From Marsupella aquatica (lineage: Eukaryota > Plantae > Marchantiophyta), in NCBI GenBank assembly GCA_973895155.1, contig OZ316892.1, forward strand, positions 6,128,847-6,192,846: a DNA stretch of 64,000 bases, written 5' to 3'. The translations under genes and the position numbers were made by a program. The notes under the pieces are model-generated. The model was given only the letters and a program-made list of their open reading frames with translations, did no database searches and had not been told where the DNA came from. Shown here one piece after another: positions 48,601-61,734 of the stretch (position 1 is the first letter of the stretch; each line of letters opens with the position of its first letter).

Positions 48601-51600
48601 AGTTCCTTCCAAAATTCCTGGATGCACGTGTAACCACATCAGCATGATTTGTCACAAATAACTGTTAGTTATGTAAGAAGAACCAAATCGGACTATTCGT
48701 GTTTGAGGCAAGGCAAAGAAAAACAGTTAGACCTGTAGTTGTAAAAATAATGGAATACTGAAAAGTAACATTTCAAGTAAACAAAGAAAAGGGTAAAATA
48801 TGGGTAGAAATTTGGATGAGTTGTGATTGATACATCAATGTTTTCTAGTAATATGTTTCAATTTTCTATTTAATCTACACATGTTTGGAATAATGACAAG
48901 TAGAAAGAAAGTCTTCAACTACTCTAACATATACCAAGGTAGCATGAGAAACCAAAGAAACTTTTCAACTTCTCTAACATTTACAAAGGTAACTTAAGAA
49001 ACAGTTTGGCTACTATGGATAGAGGAGTAACAAGCAAAGGTAATAAAATCCATAACTACTATGGGTAGAGGAATACCAAGGGACTCTAAAACCTTTCCAC
49101 TACTATGGACAATTGAATGTAATATTTTGAAGGAACTATATGGAATGTTACATGTAATATTGCATAGACATAGAGGTACTAAGGGAAACATTTTGCATGG
49201 AGAATTACCCTCGACATTACTATGAATGTACTATATGTCTTCAATCAAACAGTCCTAACTACCATTATAATTCACTTCATATAGTATCATCCATATTTAA
49301 TCTTTGTCATCTCATCTATCTATTCCAATGTGCAACTTACTCTTCATGGCTCCAAAAAGTTCAATAAAACAAGCTTACAGGGGTACTCAAACTAATTGGG
49401 ATTCTTTCTCCCAACATGACACCTTTGTTCTTTGCAGTATTTTATATACTTACCAAAACAAAGAGACTTAGATCTTATTGGACTAGCTAGGGAATAAATC
49501 TATGGACAGCATTGTAGGTACCCTGTAAATGGTGCATCTGTAATTCAAGGACCAAGACAGGGCAAAGAGAAAGCAGCAGAAAGAACCAACCAGGCAAACA
49601 AAATTAAGTGAGCATAGGGGTACTAGTCCACAAGCTCTTAGAGCATTTCCTAGTGTTACTGGGTTGGTCTACTGTCACTCTATGTTGACCAAAGTCAAAT
49701 GAATAAGTTGAACAAATTAGGCAAGCCCAATGGGTTGCTGTGATGCTATTCACTTGTGATCTTAGGGGGTTTTTTGGTTACTGGATCTGTATATGAAGTG
49801 TTGTATAAGGCATTGACTAAATACAAGATTCATTGGTGGGTTCTTCAAGATCTAATAATTAGTATCCAACTGTGCCTACATAAGGAGGTACTGAAAACCC
49901 AATAACCACTGGGTTTGCTTTTTGACATATCATCCTTACTATATCTATATACAGTAGACTAACAATCGATAACTCTTTACGCTGTATTTAATGTATAAAG
50001 TAGCAAATAGGGTACACCAGAGGAGATGCTCTTACACCACCAGTGTCCCCAAAGAAAAAAACCTGGTGCCTCGAGGTTACCATAACTAGAAAAAAATGTT
50101 CTTACAAATTGTACTATATCGTCTTCCCACAGCTTTGGGATGCGCAATGTAAGGGCTTGAGGGCAGGAAAAGGAGAGCGGAGACTCTGCTGCCCACAGGC
50201 TCTCCATTGCAAACGTGAAGGTCACCTTGAAATAACAAAGGTATCAAATCTTGCCCGAGATCCTTCTAGATTTAGGGGATTAAACCACCACTAGCCATGA
50301 CAAATACACCAGGTTTCACCATACATAGTATAATTCCGTTTTGAATTTTCACTAGAAATAGTATTCTTTTTTGAATTTGTGAAGCAATATGGAACACAGT
50401 AAAAATTTCTCAAGAGGTAGACTATTTTGTCCAATAGGTTGTTTTGGGGGCACTACGATTTAATTACTGTGACTTAATCAAAGACTTTAGAGCAGGAACA
50501 AGAGTTTTGGAGCCAGCCGCTCATAGACTCTTGATAACAAACCTGAAAGTTGCCTTGAAATAACAAAGCTTTCAGATCTTGCCCATGATTCTTGGCGATG
50601 AAGGGGTATTAGATCGTGCCCAAGATTCCTTGAGGGCTGACCTCTTTTGAGTGCTGATGGCCGGAACACTGTCCAGAGGAGCGAATTGGAACACGGTGAA
50701 TGACGAAAGAAAGTTACATTAACTGATCGAGCATAGGAGAGAAGGGGAGCTCTTGAGGACTGCATTGGGCATCAAGATGGGCGGGACCTTGAAATGAGGG
50801 GAGCCCCAGCGAGAGGTTAGTCAAGGACGAATGCAGATGGTCAATCTTGGCTTGATCCAGGTCATGTTTGGCAATACATGGCAAGATTCTGCTAGATTGG
50901 AGCTGCACATGATTGAAGATATTGACTGATTGACATCAATTTTCTTCGGGCCTGGAATCTGTGTCTTTGCATGAACCCATAGTCAAATGTGTTCAAAAGC
51001 ACACACCAACGGTGTATGTCCCAAAATTGAGGAGAAGTGCCTCTCATTGTTGAACGTGTTGAATTGTTGGAAAGCCATAGGTGTTCATTTATATCATTGC
51101 TGGAAGCTGGACACGCAGAGTACACCAGGTACGTGAGTCTTGATCTGGACGGTGCCTTTGGAAAATGCCAAGCCTTTGTAGCATTCGCGTAGATAATTTG
51201 CAGTAGTAAAGGTATATATATGCTATCTGGAGTTCAGGGTTTAGGATTCAGCTGCACATCGTTCTATTTCTGGAGTCAGTAGAAGATGTGATCTCTGCAC
51301 CGATGGCCAGACTTTTGGACGCTTTCATTTCTTTGTGCAACTCTCTAATGCCTAGGGCATTCAGCGATGGCGGAATTTACCAGCTATTCTCTAGTCTCTG
51401 GCCCTTTGTTTTGGCACAACTGGATTTTACAGGAAAATTATATTCCTTGGGGGTTCCCACTCCGGCCCATATGCTCAATGTCCTCCTTTGCGTGACTATT
51501 TGTGATCCAGTGTGTGCATTTCCTTTCCTTAAATTGTTTCTTTGGTCCAAAGTTCCAAAATTACTTTTGGCTTTTGCAGATTCTTGGCATGGAAGTGGCG

Positions 51601-54109
51601 ATGTTCCCTACTCTCACAAAAGGCTCAGTTGGACCCAAGCATTAGGGGAAGTGAATGCTTAAGACGGAAACGCTATGATTGACAGTCAGTGAAGGGCCTC
51701 ATAACAAGCCTGTCTCGTCCAGAACGCGGTAGGGCAAACGGGGACAAAAATCCAAACGTGATGACATGATGAGCCTGCAGACCTAGAAAGGATCCTCCAT
51801 GACAGCTGCAAGTTCCAATCGAGTGTACCCTATTGGTGAACAACCCAGTGTTTTGACATCAACCAAAAAACAAATCACATTTTCTGTCCCTTCTCGGAAA
51901 TTTTATGCGCCATTCTCGATGTATTCGTATCTCACTTTAATGAAGGATGAATGTCGTGCCAAAAACATCCCGCTTCCAAGGCAATGCTTTTCAAAAAAAG
52001 TGAAAGGGGACCCCGCCCCAAACTTTCTTCCAAGGCAAAAGGTCGCTAACAAGACATATTAAATGCAAATGGAGACAGACTTTACTGATCCTTGTGGTTG
52101 TGGCTTGGAAAGATCCTGGACATCCTGTAAGTGAATGTCGTCCGTTCGTAATACTCTTTTATCGCTTGTATCGTAGTGAATTTCATCCGTTGGTAATACT
52201 CTATCCTCTCTTCTACGTATCTACATCGACAAGGAAGCCTCGTCTTAATCTGAAGACACCAGTTAGGTGATAGAATCCAGAATTGCGAATCTGCACTGAC
52301 TTCCCAATGTTTGGTTATTTAACTTCTATTTGTACATCGAATTGTTTACTGTTCTTTATGCAAGTTACAACCAATTTTAGGCGAATCTTTGCTGCCAGAA
52401 GATTTTTGCAGACCATTATGGAATGCAAGAATCACCTATTAAGTGGAAATTTCTTGGGGCAAAATCACACGTTAAATGTCGTTACGCCGACTCGCATTTC
52501 AAAAAACTTGTAAACTGTTTCGGGTTTCGACTTTCTTGCAGTTTTTTTAATGCACAACAGCACCACTGTGTTTATTTCAAAGACAGGAACTGGACCTTGT
52601 GGATGGTGTTCGATGTCTCAATATCTTGCCTTGAAAGATCCTTTTGGAATTCCATACAGAACCACAGAAATCTCAAGGGCAGATTTTAACCATTGAGTAT
52701 GACACAATGCTGGATTGGTAAAGCTCTATGATATTCTTCTTACAAGAGCAATTGGTCCTACTTCACCGTGTTGGTTCCGAAAGAAAATTCGCTCTGCCGA
52801 TTCCTAAACAGATAGAAAAGTTGATGTTTTAACCCACTTTCCAACAATCAATCGCTCAATCCACCTATATATCACTCTACGTGGAAGTCTAGTTCACATC
52901 ACGAGAGGAGGTTTGCAATGGTTTATTAGTACTAGGCAAGGTCGTTGGGTTGATTAGTGTAGTTTACATGTAGAGTAACCATGCCATGGAGGGGTTCTGG
53001 GCTGTAAACCCTGAGGGCATAACCCTTGAACAAAGAAACAGAGACGAGGGGTTTACAGTAAACTTGAAACCGAAATATCGGCAAGGGGACCGCTTCCAAA
53101 ATGGGGGTCCTCAACCTCAAAACAGTAATAATAAACCCCCTGAATACCACGTCAGCTAGTCATGGTGGGAACTCAATACTAATCACAGTTGTTTGTCATG
53201 ACATATGTGAGAACCGCTATTCACTGACTATACTAGCTCACCAAAATAATGCTAATAAGATCCACGAGTCCCATCATCCGTGATCGGTCGGTTGCACGAG
53301 CAGAGAGATATCAAGATAGGAAGAGACAAACAAGAAAGAAAATTGACTTCCACCAGAAACAACGCCCCGGGCTTGTATTCGAAAGGGCTTGTATTCGAAA
53401 AGTAAGCCCGGGAGGGGGCGGCAGTTTGAGTTTAAGCCATAGCTTTTATTGAGGACACGACATTCTTCTATTCGATGAATAAGGCCTCTATTCAAATAGT
53501 ACGCCGGGGGCGCCCAGGGGCTGTCTAACTCGGGGGCTTTAATTTATTTAAAGCGGAGTTTTAGACTTGGTCATGTTTTGTCACTCTTACTCAAACCCAC
53601 ATTTGAAACAGAAGGCCCGGGCTCTCTAGTAGGACAGGGCGTGATGTAAATTTGAACGACAACCACTTTTCTGTCAAACCTGCAGTTGTTTGGGGTTTTG
53701 AATACAGAGCCCGGACCTTGTTTTTGGTGGGAGATACTAGAATTGGTGGTGATATTTGCTGCACCGAATTTGTTTACCGCAACCAATTCTGTGGTTAGCT
53801 AGAAATATGCACTACAGTGGTTCAACAGACAAGAAAAGTCCGGTGCTTTGGACAGATGTAAAAAAAGTCCAAGTTGCCAATTGGGTATGTTGACTTTTCT
53901 AAGATTGATTTGTCTTCCTGGACCTCGCTCACTGTGTTCTCGTTTTATGCTGGTCAAGGCTGGTTTCCAAGACAAAAAGCAAAGGGTCCAATAGTAGTAA
54001 GTTGCAGTTTACTGCCAAGATCGTCCTACACTGGCTTAGCTACTTTCCTGTCAGCGAGCCTGTCAGTCCAATGGTAGTGATCAAAGTCTCCCTCTACTGT
54101 GTTTTGGGG

Positions 54110-54690
54110 AGAATGATCTCTTGTGGTTTTCAGATCACTGTCGGTCTGATCGGCTTTAAAAAGCGAAGAAGCTAAAGGTAAGTGAACTATATAGCGGAGT
54201 ATAGTAAGTTAGCAGTTTGCAGCTCGTTTTGAAGGTGGCTCTGACTGAATGTATGGGATATTTTAATTAGTGGGCACTTGCTCTAGTCCAGAGCTAGGTT
54301 CAACTGTTGTAAGTCTGATTTTCGAAAAAACCAGAGCTGCGTACAGTAGATTGAAATTCAATCTTAGAAGTAGCTGTTGTGGGGGAGATCTCTTGTGGTT
54401 TCCGCACTAGGTCTAATCTGCGACGATGTTAATAGAGATCGACACTGCTCGTACTTAACAAAAAACGGTAAAAGATACGTGAAATATGTAATGTAGTAAG
54501 GTAGCCTTTTGAAGGTGAGCTTTGACTTAAATCTATGTGATATTTTACAGTGGGCCTTGGAAAGGTGTACAGTAGTCCATAGCTAGATGAAAATGTTATT
54601 AGTCCTATTTCGGAAAGCAAAAACCAGTCAGTGAGAGATACAGTAGATTGAAATTCAATGGTTACAGTAGCTGCTGCAGCTCGATCTTGT
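54110..54690. repeat. Diverged tandem duplication, ~270-295-bp period
   Basis: GATCTCTTGTGGTTT, TTTTGAAGGTG and TACAGTAGATTGAAATTCAAT each occur twice in the same order. Confidence 0.8.
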
Positions 54691-55599
54691 GATCGACTCC
54701 ATGCTTCTTCTAAGAGTATATAGGCTATTCACCGAGTGGACATTCGGTAGTCCACTCTGGAAGCATTTACTCACAATCATTCGACACACAAGCGACTGCG
54801 TTCTTGTGCAGTATAATAAGGTAGCAGTCCTACCGTAGGAGTCTACCTTAAGAGCTCAGCTTTTATCGTTCCGTGAACTATGGTGAACCACCATACAAGT
54901 ACAGTAGCTTCTAGAAATTCACAAAATAATAAGCAGAAAGTCAATTGACTTGCAAGCTGCCCCATCCGCTTCGTCACCCTCATGGTTTGCAATCAGTGTG
55001 CCGCCATGCAAGGCCAACTTACTCTACATTGCGTCACGACGAGCTCAGTATGATTGAATTTCTTTCCACTTGTTGTCAACTGCCTAGCTCACCAGATCTG
55101 CCTGGTTTTCTAGGATGGAGTCAGATTGAAGAAAGAAAAGTATATTTCATGCTATTTATATATTACAATGTAAAAGAACAAAAACGCCAACAAGGTCCCA
55201 AAGGCAAAGCAACCCCGTGAACTAGGGGAAAGGAAGGAAACAGACCAAGAGGTCCAACAAGCCAAGGAGTCTTCCCCAACCAAAATGCGAGCAAAAAACC
55301 AAAGATCCCACTAAGAGACCCATAAGGAAGAAAGGAATATATATCATGCTATTCAAAGGAAGAAAGAAAGAGTATACGTATCACACAAAGAGCGAAAAGA
55401 GAACACTAATATGATCCAATGATCCGATGATCCCAAAAGCAGGAGAACAAATAATGGGGAGAAAACAACGGGGAAACCAGGAGTGTTTCTGCTTTGCAAT
55501 AAGCTTGTGATGCAAAGAGGATAGTCATATATATCACTTGCATGTATAAAGCCTCGGCCGGTCTTGGGAAAGGCTCATGTTCTTCTACTCCTTTTACGC

Positions 55600-55985
55600 G
55601 AAAAAGGTCAGCTGGCTTTGGACAAGTAGCGCAACTGGCTTGGGAAAGTCCCCACTCTATCTTTCTGTATTCTTTAATACAAAATAATCTTATTACTACT
55701 GCATCCATAGGAGCGCCTCAACAGTTTTCTTCTACTCGTTTTCACTAGAAAAGGGAATCTACCTTTGGGCAAAGCAGTGCAACTGGCTGTAAGCTGCTGG
55801 GAAAATCCCCAGTTTCTAGTTTGTATTATTGTGATACAGTGCGGAGTATTACTGCAAGTATGGGAAATGTTCAGCATTTTTCTTTCACTCTCTGTTTTTA
55901 GAAAAGGGAAACTGCCTTTGGGCAAAGCAGGGCAACTGACGGTAAGAAGAGAAAATCCTGAGGAAAATCCCCAGTTTACACTTTT
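55600..55985. repeat. Diverged tandem repeat, ~150-bp unit, 3 copies
   Basis: AAAAGG..CTTTGG.CAA..AG.GCAACTG..GGAAA.TCCCCA occurs at ~55601, ~55749 and ~55902. Confidence 0.8.
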
Positions 55986-58270
55986 GTACTTTTCATACAA
56001 CTAGCCAGATGACCCCTTCCTTGTACTTAAAATTAAAAGAAGAGAAATCTTGCACAATAATATTTATATGCTATTTTGTTTAATCTTTGCCCCATCCTTG
56101 TTTTTTTGTTCATTCTCATTTCAGTTTTGTCTTTATTTCAAGTCAATTAATGCCACTTTTGTCTATCCTCATTTAACATTTTTGATCTTAATGAACCTCA
56201 TCATCAGTTTTGTCTCTATTGGGAGTTAAGGCTTCACTCTAGACTTCAGTTGGTGCTTTTATAGTAACATTCTTAGTGCACACACATTAAACCCAAGATC
56301 GTTTGGAGCAGAAACCATATTATTTGCAGGAGCAAACTATCTGGTGGGGGATTGAACTTGAGACCACTTGGTATCTGTCATCTACTCTTGATCAGTGTCC
56401 TCTTTCCTTCAAGACACTATATTATTAGTTTTCTTGAAGTTCTGGTGGCTATCAGAGCTACCATTTTTTGAAATTAATTCATAGACGTAGTAGCATTTAG
56501 TAGCAAAATTCCCCTCCTTAGACTCTTCTATACTGTTTGATCTACTGAATCTTGCACCAGATTTTAAAGAATCATCCGCATTTTGAGAATGCCAATCATT
56601 ATACTGTTTTAGAACCTGTTGGAGATGGCTTTCAAATTCTCTCTTTGTTACACTTAGTAATGTTGTAGGTAAGATTTTGGCCAACCTCACCAAACAGAAA
56701 AAAACAATAGGCTTGCCTCCAGGAAATGGGGTGCCTGGGAGGAAGATGAGCACATTGCATGAACCAGTATACCACTTGGGTGAACAGATTCCTTATTCCA
56801 GGAGTGGGAGCCAAGGCGTCAACACTTCTAAGGAGAGAGTTGCCCCACTTGGGTGAACACACTCCTCATTCCAGGAATACTATAACAACTGCATGACCAA
56901 ATGTGTGCATTGAGCAGTTTGGCAGTTAGAAAATGCACTTGCAAGGAAAGTATATACCATACTTATGACTTGGGTAACAATCTATGATTTTGAAAAGCTA
57001 TTTTATCATGCTTCCCCACCTTTGCAGGTGGTCATAAAAATTTCCGCAGCCATGAATTTCTTGATCTACATTCCCGGGGCACCTAGCCAAAACTTCTTGT
57101 GTTTGCCACCTATTTCATCAGAAAATATGTTTTCAGGAGCATTTCACCTCATGTCAAATTTTCAGGCTGTTGTGTCTGGAATTCAAGTTCCTCCCAGTTT
57201 TCTGATACAGCATGCAGATTTTTCCAGCCGCGTTTCCAGCCTCCCATTTTTTGGAAGGTCCCCATGATTTTGCAAATGAGCACTGATTTCATTAATTAAG
57301 TTTTTTCCATGAACCTAATTACCACTATGGAATTTTCCGGCATGTCTGCGGCCACAATCCCAGAAGTTAGCCAACCTCTGGGTTCACTCTACCTCAAAGG
57401 TCTGAGTCTTTGGGATTCTTTCTCCCAATAAGGCGCTTTAGGGGTTCTTTGGCAGTATAATTATATATAGATGTGAGTGCAGAAAAAGAAAGGAAGCCTG
57501 ATGAGTGGAGTGGATGGCAATGGGATGGGGGACATGGGAAAAAGGAGCCACAAGCAAAGGCAACAAAAGCTTATAAAACTAGACATTAAAGTCAACCAGC
57601 ATAGTCCTTTTTGTTATCCAAGTTGAGTAGAAGTACATTGCAGTACGGTAATGTACTTCCTAACTGTAGTCAACAGTCCAACCTCAGAACATGGTGCAAG
57701 AAAAAGCACACTACTCTGTGTTTTCTATAATTTCTGTGCAGGTAGGTTACAGCAAAAGCCTTTTAGGAGTTGGGGGCACATGTGTAGAGTAAAGACCTAG
57801 AAATGGGGCATAACACTGTATCGAGGGTTTACAAATTTAGTTTGCTTAAAACCAAAGTCTTCCAATTTTGCAAAAAATACAAAAGCTTGACTCACTGTCC
57901 AGGAGTAACAAAAAAAGGCATGGTCCTCCCAAGAGGGGATTTGCCAAAATCAATGCCCAAGGGCTGTTTGCCTGAAGTCTTCTTGTTTTGACAATCCTCA
58001 ACATGTGAGGACCTTGGGGTGTTTCACTTCTATGAAAACAACACATCACATGCAACAAAGCATAGAGTAATTTTGTGTGTTCTAAGGGAAGACTTTTAAA
58101 TTTTTGTAAAAAATATTAGGGTATTTTTAATCCAATTTTGAGACTTATGAGAATAAATATGACATTTTAAATCAAAATTTGAAATATTCTAAGGATATTC
58201 TAGATTAATAGAGGTAAACAATTAAGGAAAACCAACCCTTCAAAAACCTTGCACGTGATTGGGGTGGGGG

Positions 58271-58412
58271 GCTTTAAATAGTTGAGCCATGACAGAAAAT
58301 CTCCAACTTTGGTGCCAAGTACATTCTTTTCTCTACCTGCATAGCTTTAAATAGTTGAGCCATGACAGAAAATCTCCAACTTTGGTGTCAAGTACATTCT
58401 TTTCTCTACCTG
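58271..58412. repeat. Near-perfect tandem duplication, ~73-bp period
   Basis: GCTTTAAATAGTTGAGCCATGACAGAAAATCTCCAACTTTGGTG(C/T)CAAGTACATTCTTTTCTCTACCTG occurs twice. Confidence 0.92.
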
Positions 58413-58746
58413 TATTGTTCACCATAAGTAGTGTTATGCAAGAATTAGTGTTAGTACAAAATTAGTTTTTTAAAATAATATTATTCTAAAAACCAATTAA
58501 ATTTAGTGTTACTTGGACTCAAAATTGTTTTTAGAATAATATTTTTCTTCCAAATTGTTATATTTATAGTTAGAAATGGATGATATTGAGTTCAAAGTAA
58601 ACACAAATTCTTGTGGAATTTTCAAAAGAGGTGTTTCATTTTGTTTTTCCACTCTTGAGACCACAATAACACTATTCATTGTGCAAAAATAATCTTAGCA
58701 CAACATTAGTGTGACTAATACTAATTCAGAGAAGACCCTGAACATT

Positions 58747-58875
58747 TAAAAAAAATTATTTAAAGGGGAAATCCGTGAAACCCCACAGAAAGGGAAGAGT
58801 CAGTCACATTAGTTGAACCCAAGACATATCCGTCTCTACTCAAGTGAGCTACCACAAAGTCATGCCTCTCTGGGC
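58747..58875 (-). mobile_element. ~130-bp tRNA-like SINE, copy 2
   Basis: Perfect 15-bp TSD AAGACCCTGAACATT (58732-58746 and 58876-58890). The minus strand reads GCCCAGAGAGGCATGACTTTGTGGTAGCTCACTTGAG...GGGTTCAACT...AT-rich tail. Homologous to 24199-24328. Confidence 0.8.
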
Positions 58876-59199
58876 AAGACCCTGAACATTAGTGCCCTAA
58901 AATTTGTGTTAGTCACACTAATTATAATGAACAGTGTAATGTATTTTTTGTCTTGAATTTTTTAGTTTTAAAATCCAGAGGCAAATGAAGCACACATAGG
59001 AAGGGCAGCAAAGAGGCAATGCCCGAGGGGGAAGCAAATGAAGACCAGGAAGGACAAATTCAGCCAAAGAACGGTCAATACTAGGAGGACTGAGGGGTAG
59101 CAATAGACTCCATAGAAGGCCTGGGGCATTGAAAGGGCTTGGATTCAACAGGCAAGGTACTCCCTAGTGTGTTATCAATGCTCTTTGCCCAAATCTTTC

Positions 59200-60090
59200 C
59201 CTTAACAGTTTCTCCTGATGTACAATTTCCAAATAATTACCAATTTCTAGGAGAGGGCTTAAAGTTGTTCTTTGCTGCTCCAGCAAGCCAGCCACTTATG
59301 AATAGAGGTGGGTGAAATGACTGTGGAGGGAAATGCACCTCCTCAACAACCTTAAATCCCTGCAAGATCTTTCTCTTTGTAGATTTCTGAACTTTATGGA
59401 AAAGGTTGCCACTTAGACAAAGTGCAAGGGCATTTTGATATTTGTCCTCTACTTGTCTCTTGATAAAGAAATTAAGAAAAATCTGAACTTGCATGAAATT
59501 GTCTTTGAGTGCGAAGAAAGGGGAAACCTGATTAAAAATAGGAGGAGTGAGAAATCTTTCAAGGATCCTTGTTACCAGGCTGGGCATTAGGGGCAATAAT
59601 GGCCCCTGACCAAACTTGAACTAAAGCCCTCATTTTTTAGGCACTATAGCCCACAAACACCCTGCAAAGGCCTTACAATATACAGCATGACCACCAGCAC
59701 CACAATAAGCATAGGGCAACGTGGGCCCTGTGGGATATACTGCCTCCAAAATGACGGCTTTAGCCCAATTTTGAGGGGACATTCTGGCCCGCAATGCCTG
59801 TAACCAGAATGATGATGGAAGTAAAGAACTGGAGTGAGTTTTGAAAATAAACCAAAGAAAGTATAAAGAAAGAAGACCACAATGCCCCCTAACTCCCAGC
59901 CCACCATGTGCAATGGACCACATAACAGCTCTTATACTAAACAAAGGTTACTGATGGTGACCATTTCTACTCTATGTAGCTATTCTCATAATTTCTGCCC
60001 AGAAAAGTATACTTGGGTAACCTTTTTGCTGGAAAACAATTACCCGGGGGTCTTGCTTCTGCTAAAACAATACATCATACACAACTAAGC
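59200..60090 (-). mobile_element. Degenerate LINE-like ORF2 C-terminal fragment
   Basis: Broken ORFs (WSIAHGGLGV, CPMxxCGA-like stretch) lie upstream of a pyrimidine-rich LINE-like 3' end at 58960-59150. Confidence 0.35.
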
Positions 60091-60344
60091 ATAGGGTCAT
60101 TTTATTGGATCCAAGGAAATACATTAAAAAAAACTTGTTTCAGAATAGTAGGGTCTTTGAATTGGAATATTGGCCATTAGAAGAAAGACATGGGTTTTAA
60201 ACCCAATATAAGAATATTACAAAAATAGAGGTAAAACGATTGCAAATTTTCATTAAGTTTTAGGGTGTGGAGACCAGTTTTATTGATAAGGGCCAACCAA
60301 AGTACAATAGAGTAAATGCAAAAGAGGTCCAGAGACTGCAAGTA

Positions 60345-60955
60345 TGGAAGACAAAAGAAGAGGATAAATGTAAAGTAAAAACTAAGCAAATGATGGGTGG
60401 AAAATACACCACTCCATTAGTGCGATCTACAATGCCCACAGAGATCGAGAGAGAATCCATGACAACCACTACACACAAAAGAAGAGAGCAAATGCAAACT
60501 CCAAAGTAAGCAAATGATGAGTGTAAAAATGCACCACTCCTAATATGCGATTCTTCACTGGTCACCACTACACACAATAGAAGAGGGCAAATGCAAAGTC
60601 CAAAGTAAGCAAATGAGGGGTGTAAAATGCACCACTCCAATAGTGCGATTCTTCACTGGTCAACCACTACACACAAAAGAAGAGGGCAAATGCAAAGTCC
60701 AAAGTAAGCAAACGATGGGTGTAAAATACACCACTGCAACAGTGCGATTCTTGAATGGTCCACACTCCACACAGAACAAGAGAGCAAATGCAAAGTTCAA
60801 AGTAAGCACCTGATGGGTGTAAAATACACCAGTCCAATAGTGCGATTCTTTAATGGTCAACCACTACACACAAAAGAAGGGAGCACATGCGAAGTCAAGT
60901 CCAAAGTGAGCAAATGCAAAGTCCAAAGTCCAAATAAAAACACACCACTTCAATT
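60345..60955. repeat. Tandem array, ~99-bp unit, ~6 copies, upstream of MSRA
   Basis: AAAAT(A/G)CACCACT-like sequence at ~60401, 60526, 60624, 60723, 60821 and 60936. CAAATGCAAAGTCCAAAGTAAGCAA and GTGCGATTCTT recur. Confidence 0.92.
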
Positions 60956-60964
60956 ATATCACAC

Positions 60965-61160
60965 TGCCAAAAAGACAGGATCACCAAACCTGGAGACATG
61001 ATCCCAAAGGCAAAAAAATGATCCCAAAGGCAAAAGAACCCAATTAAGGGGGGAGGGGGGGAAGGGAAAGACTCCAGGAAGACCAAAGAGGCCCAACAAG
61101 TGATACAGTATCCCACAAAAACAAGAAACAAAAAACAAAGAATCAAACAACAAACTAAAC
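60965..61160 (-). repeat. Dispersed LINE-3'-end-like repeat
   Basis: AAACCTGGAGACATGATCCCAAAGGCAAAA..ACCCAAT..AGGGG matches 25583-25627. Related purine-rich copies lie at 55170-55330 and, in reverse, at 41075-41200. Confidence 0.65.
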
Positions 61161-61734
61161 GCTCTCCTTAATGGTTCCATTCCTTCAATAATGGTCCACA
61201 CTTACAACAGTGGTGATCCTAACTCCTAACTACAGTAAGTGTGCAAGGGTTCGAATCAGGATGCAAAACAAAGGAAGAGTGAGAAAGAGTCTGAGAGTCG
61301 AGAGTAAGGCAGCATCCATGGCGTTTGGAACTTTCGATAGTTGCGTGCTCTTTTTGTGTGGGGGCTGATGAGGCAGCAGGATGAGCGGATTGGAGAGGTG
61401 GGCAGCCACGCGGGCCTCGTGGACAGTGCCTGAGCTTGAGGTGAGAGTCGGGTGTGGAGGAGTAGGCATGGAGGCAGGCAGGGAGAGTGAGTGAGGAGGA
61501 AGAAAGGACCCAAGGAAGGAAGGAGGAGGAGGTGGTGGGGGAGTCGAGAGAGAAAATATACCAAAAGAAATTGTTGATTGGGGAGAAGGAGGGGAATGAA
61601 TGCGTGGAGAGATGCGGTGGAAGAGAAGTAGTCTGTAGCGGATCCAGTCAAGGAAAGCAGCAGGATCCGTTCTTGTTGTGCAACTGGGACTCGAGGCCCT
61701 GATTTAGTGCGAAGCAAGCAAGCGAGCCTGCGCC

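Noticed and set aside
58747-58875. Possible tRNA gene (A/B-box-like motifs), also at 24199-24328, ~40845 and ~56350
   Set aside because: No cloverleaf can be drawn. TSDs and tails at the two main copies indicate SINEs; the other two sites are only short B-box-like matches.
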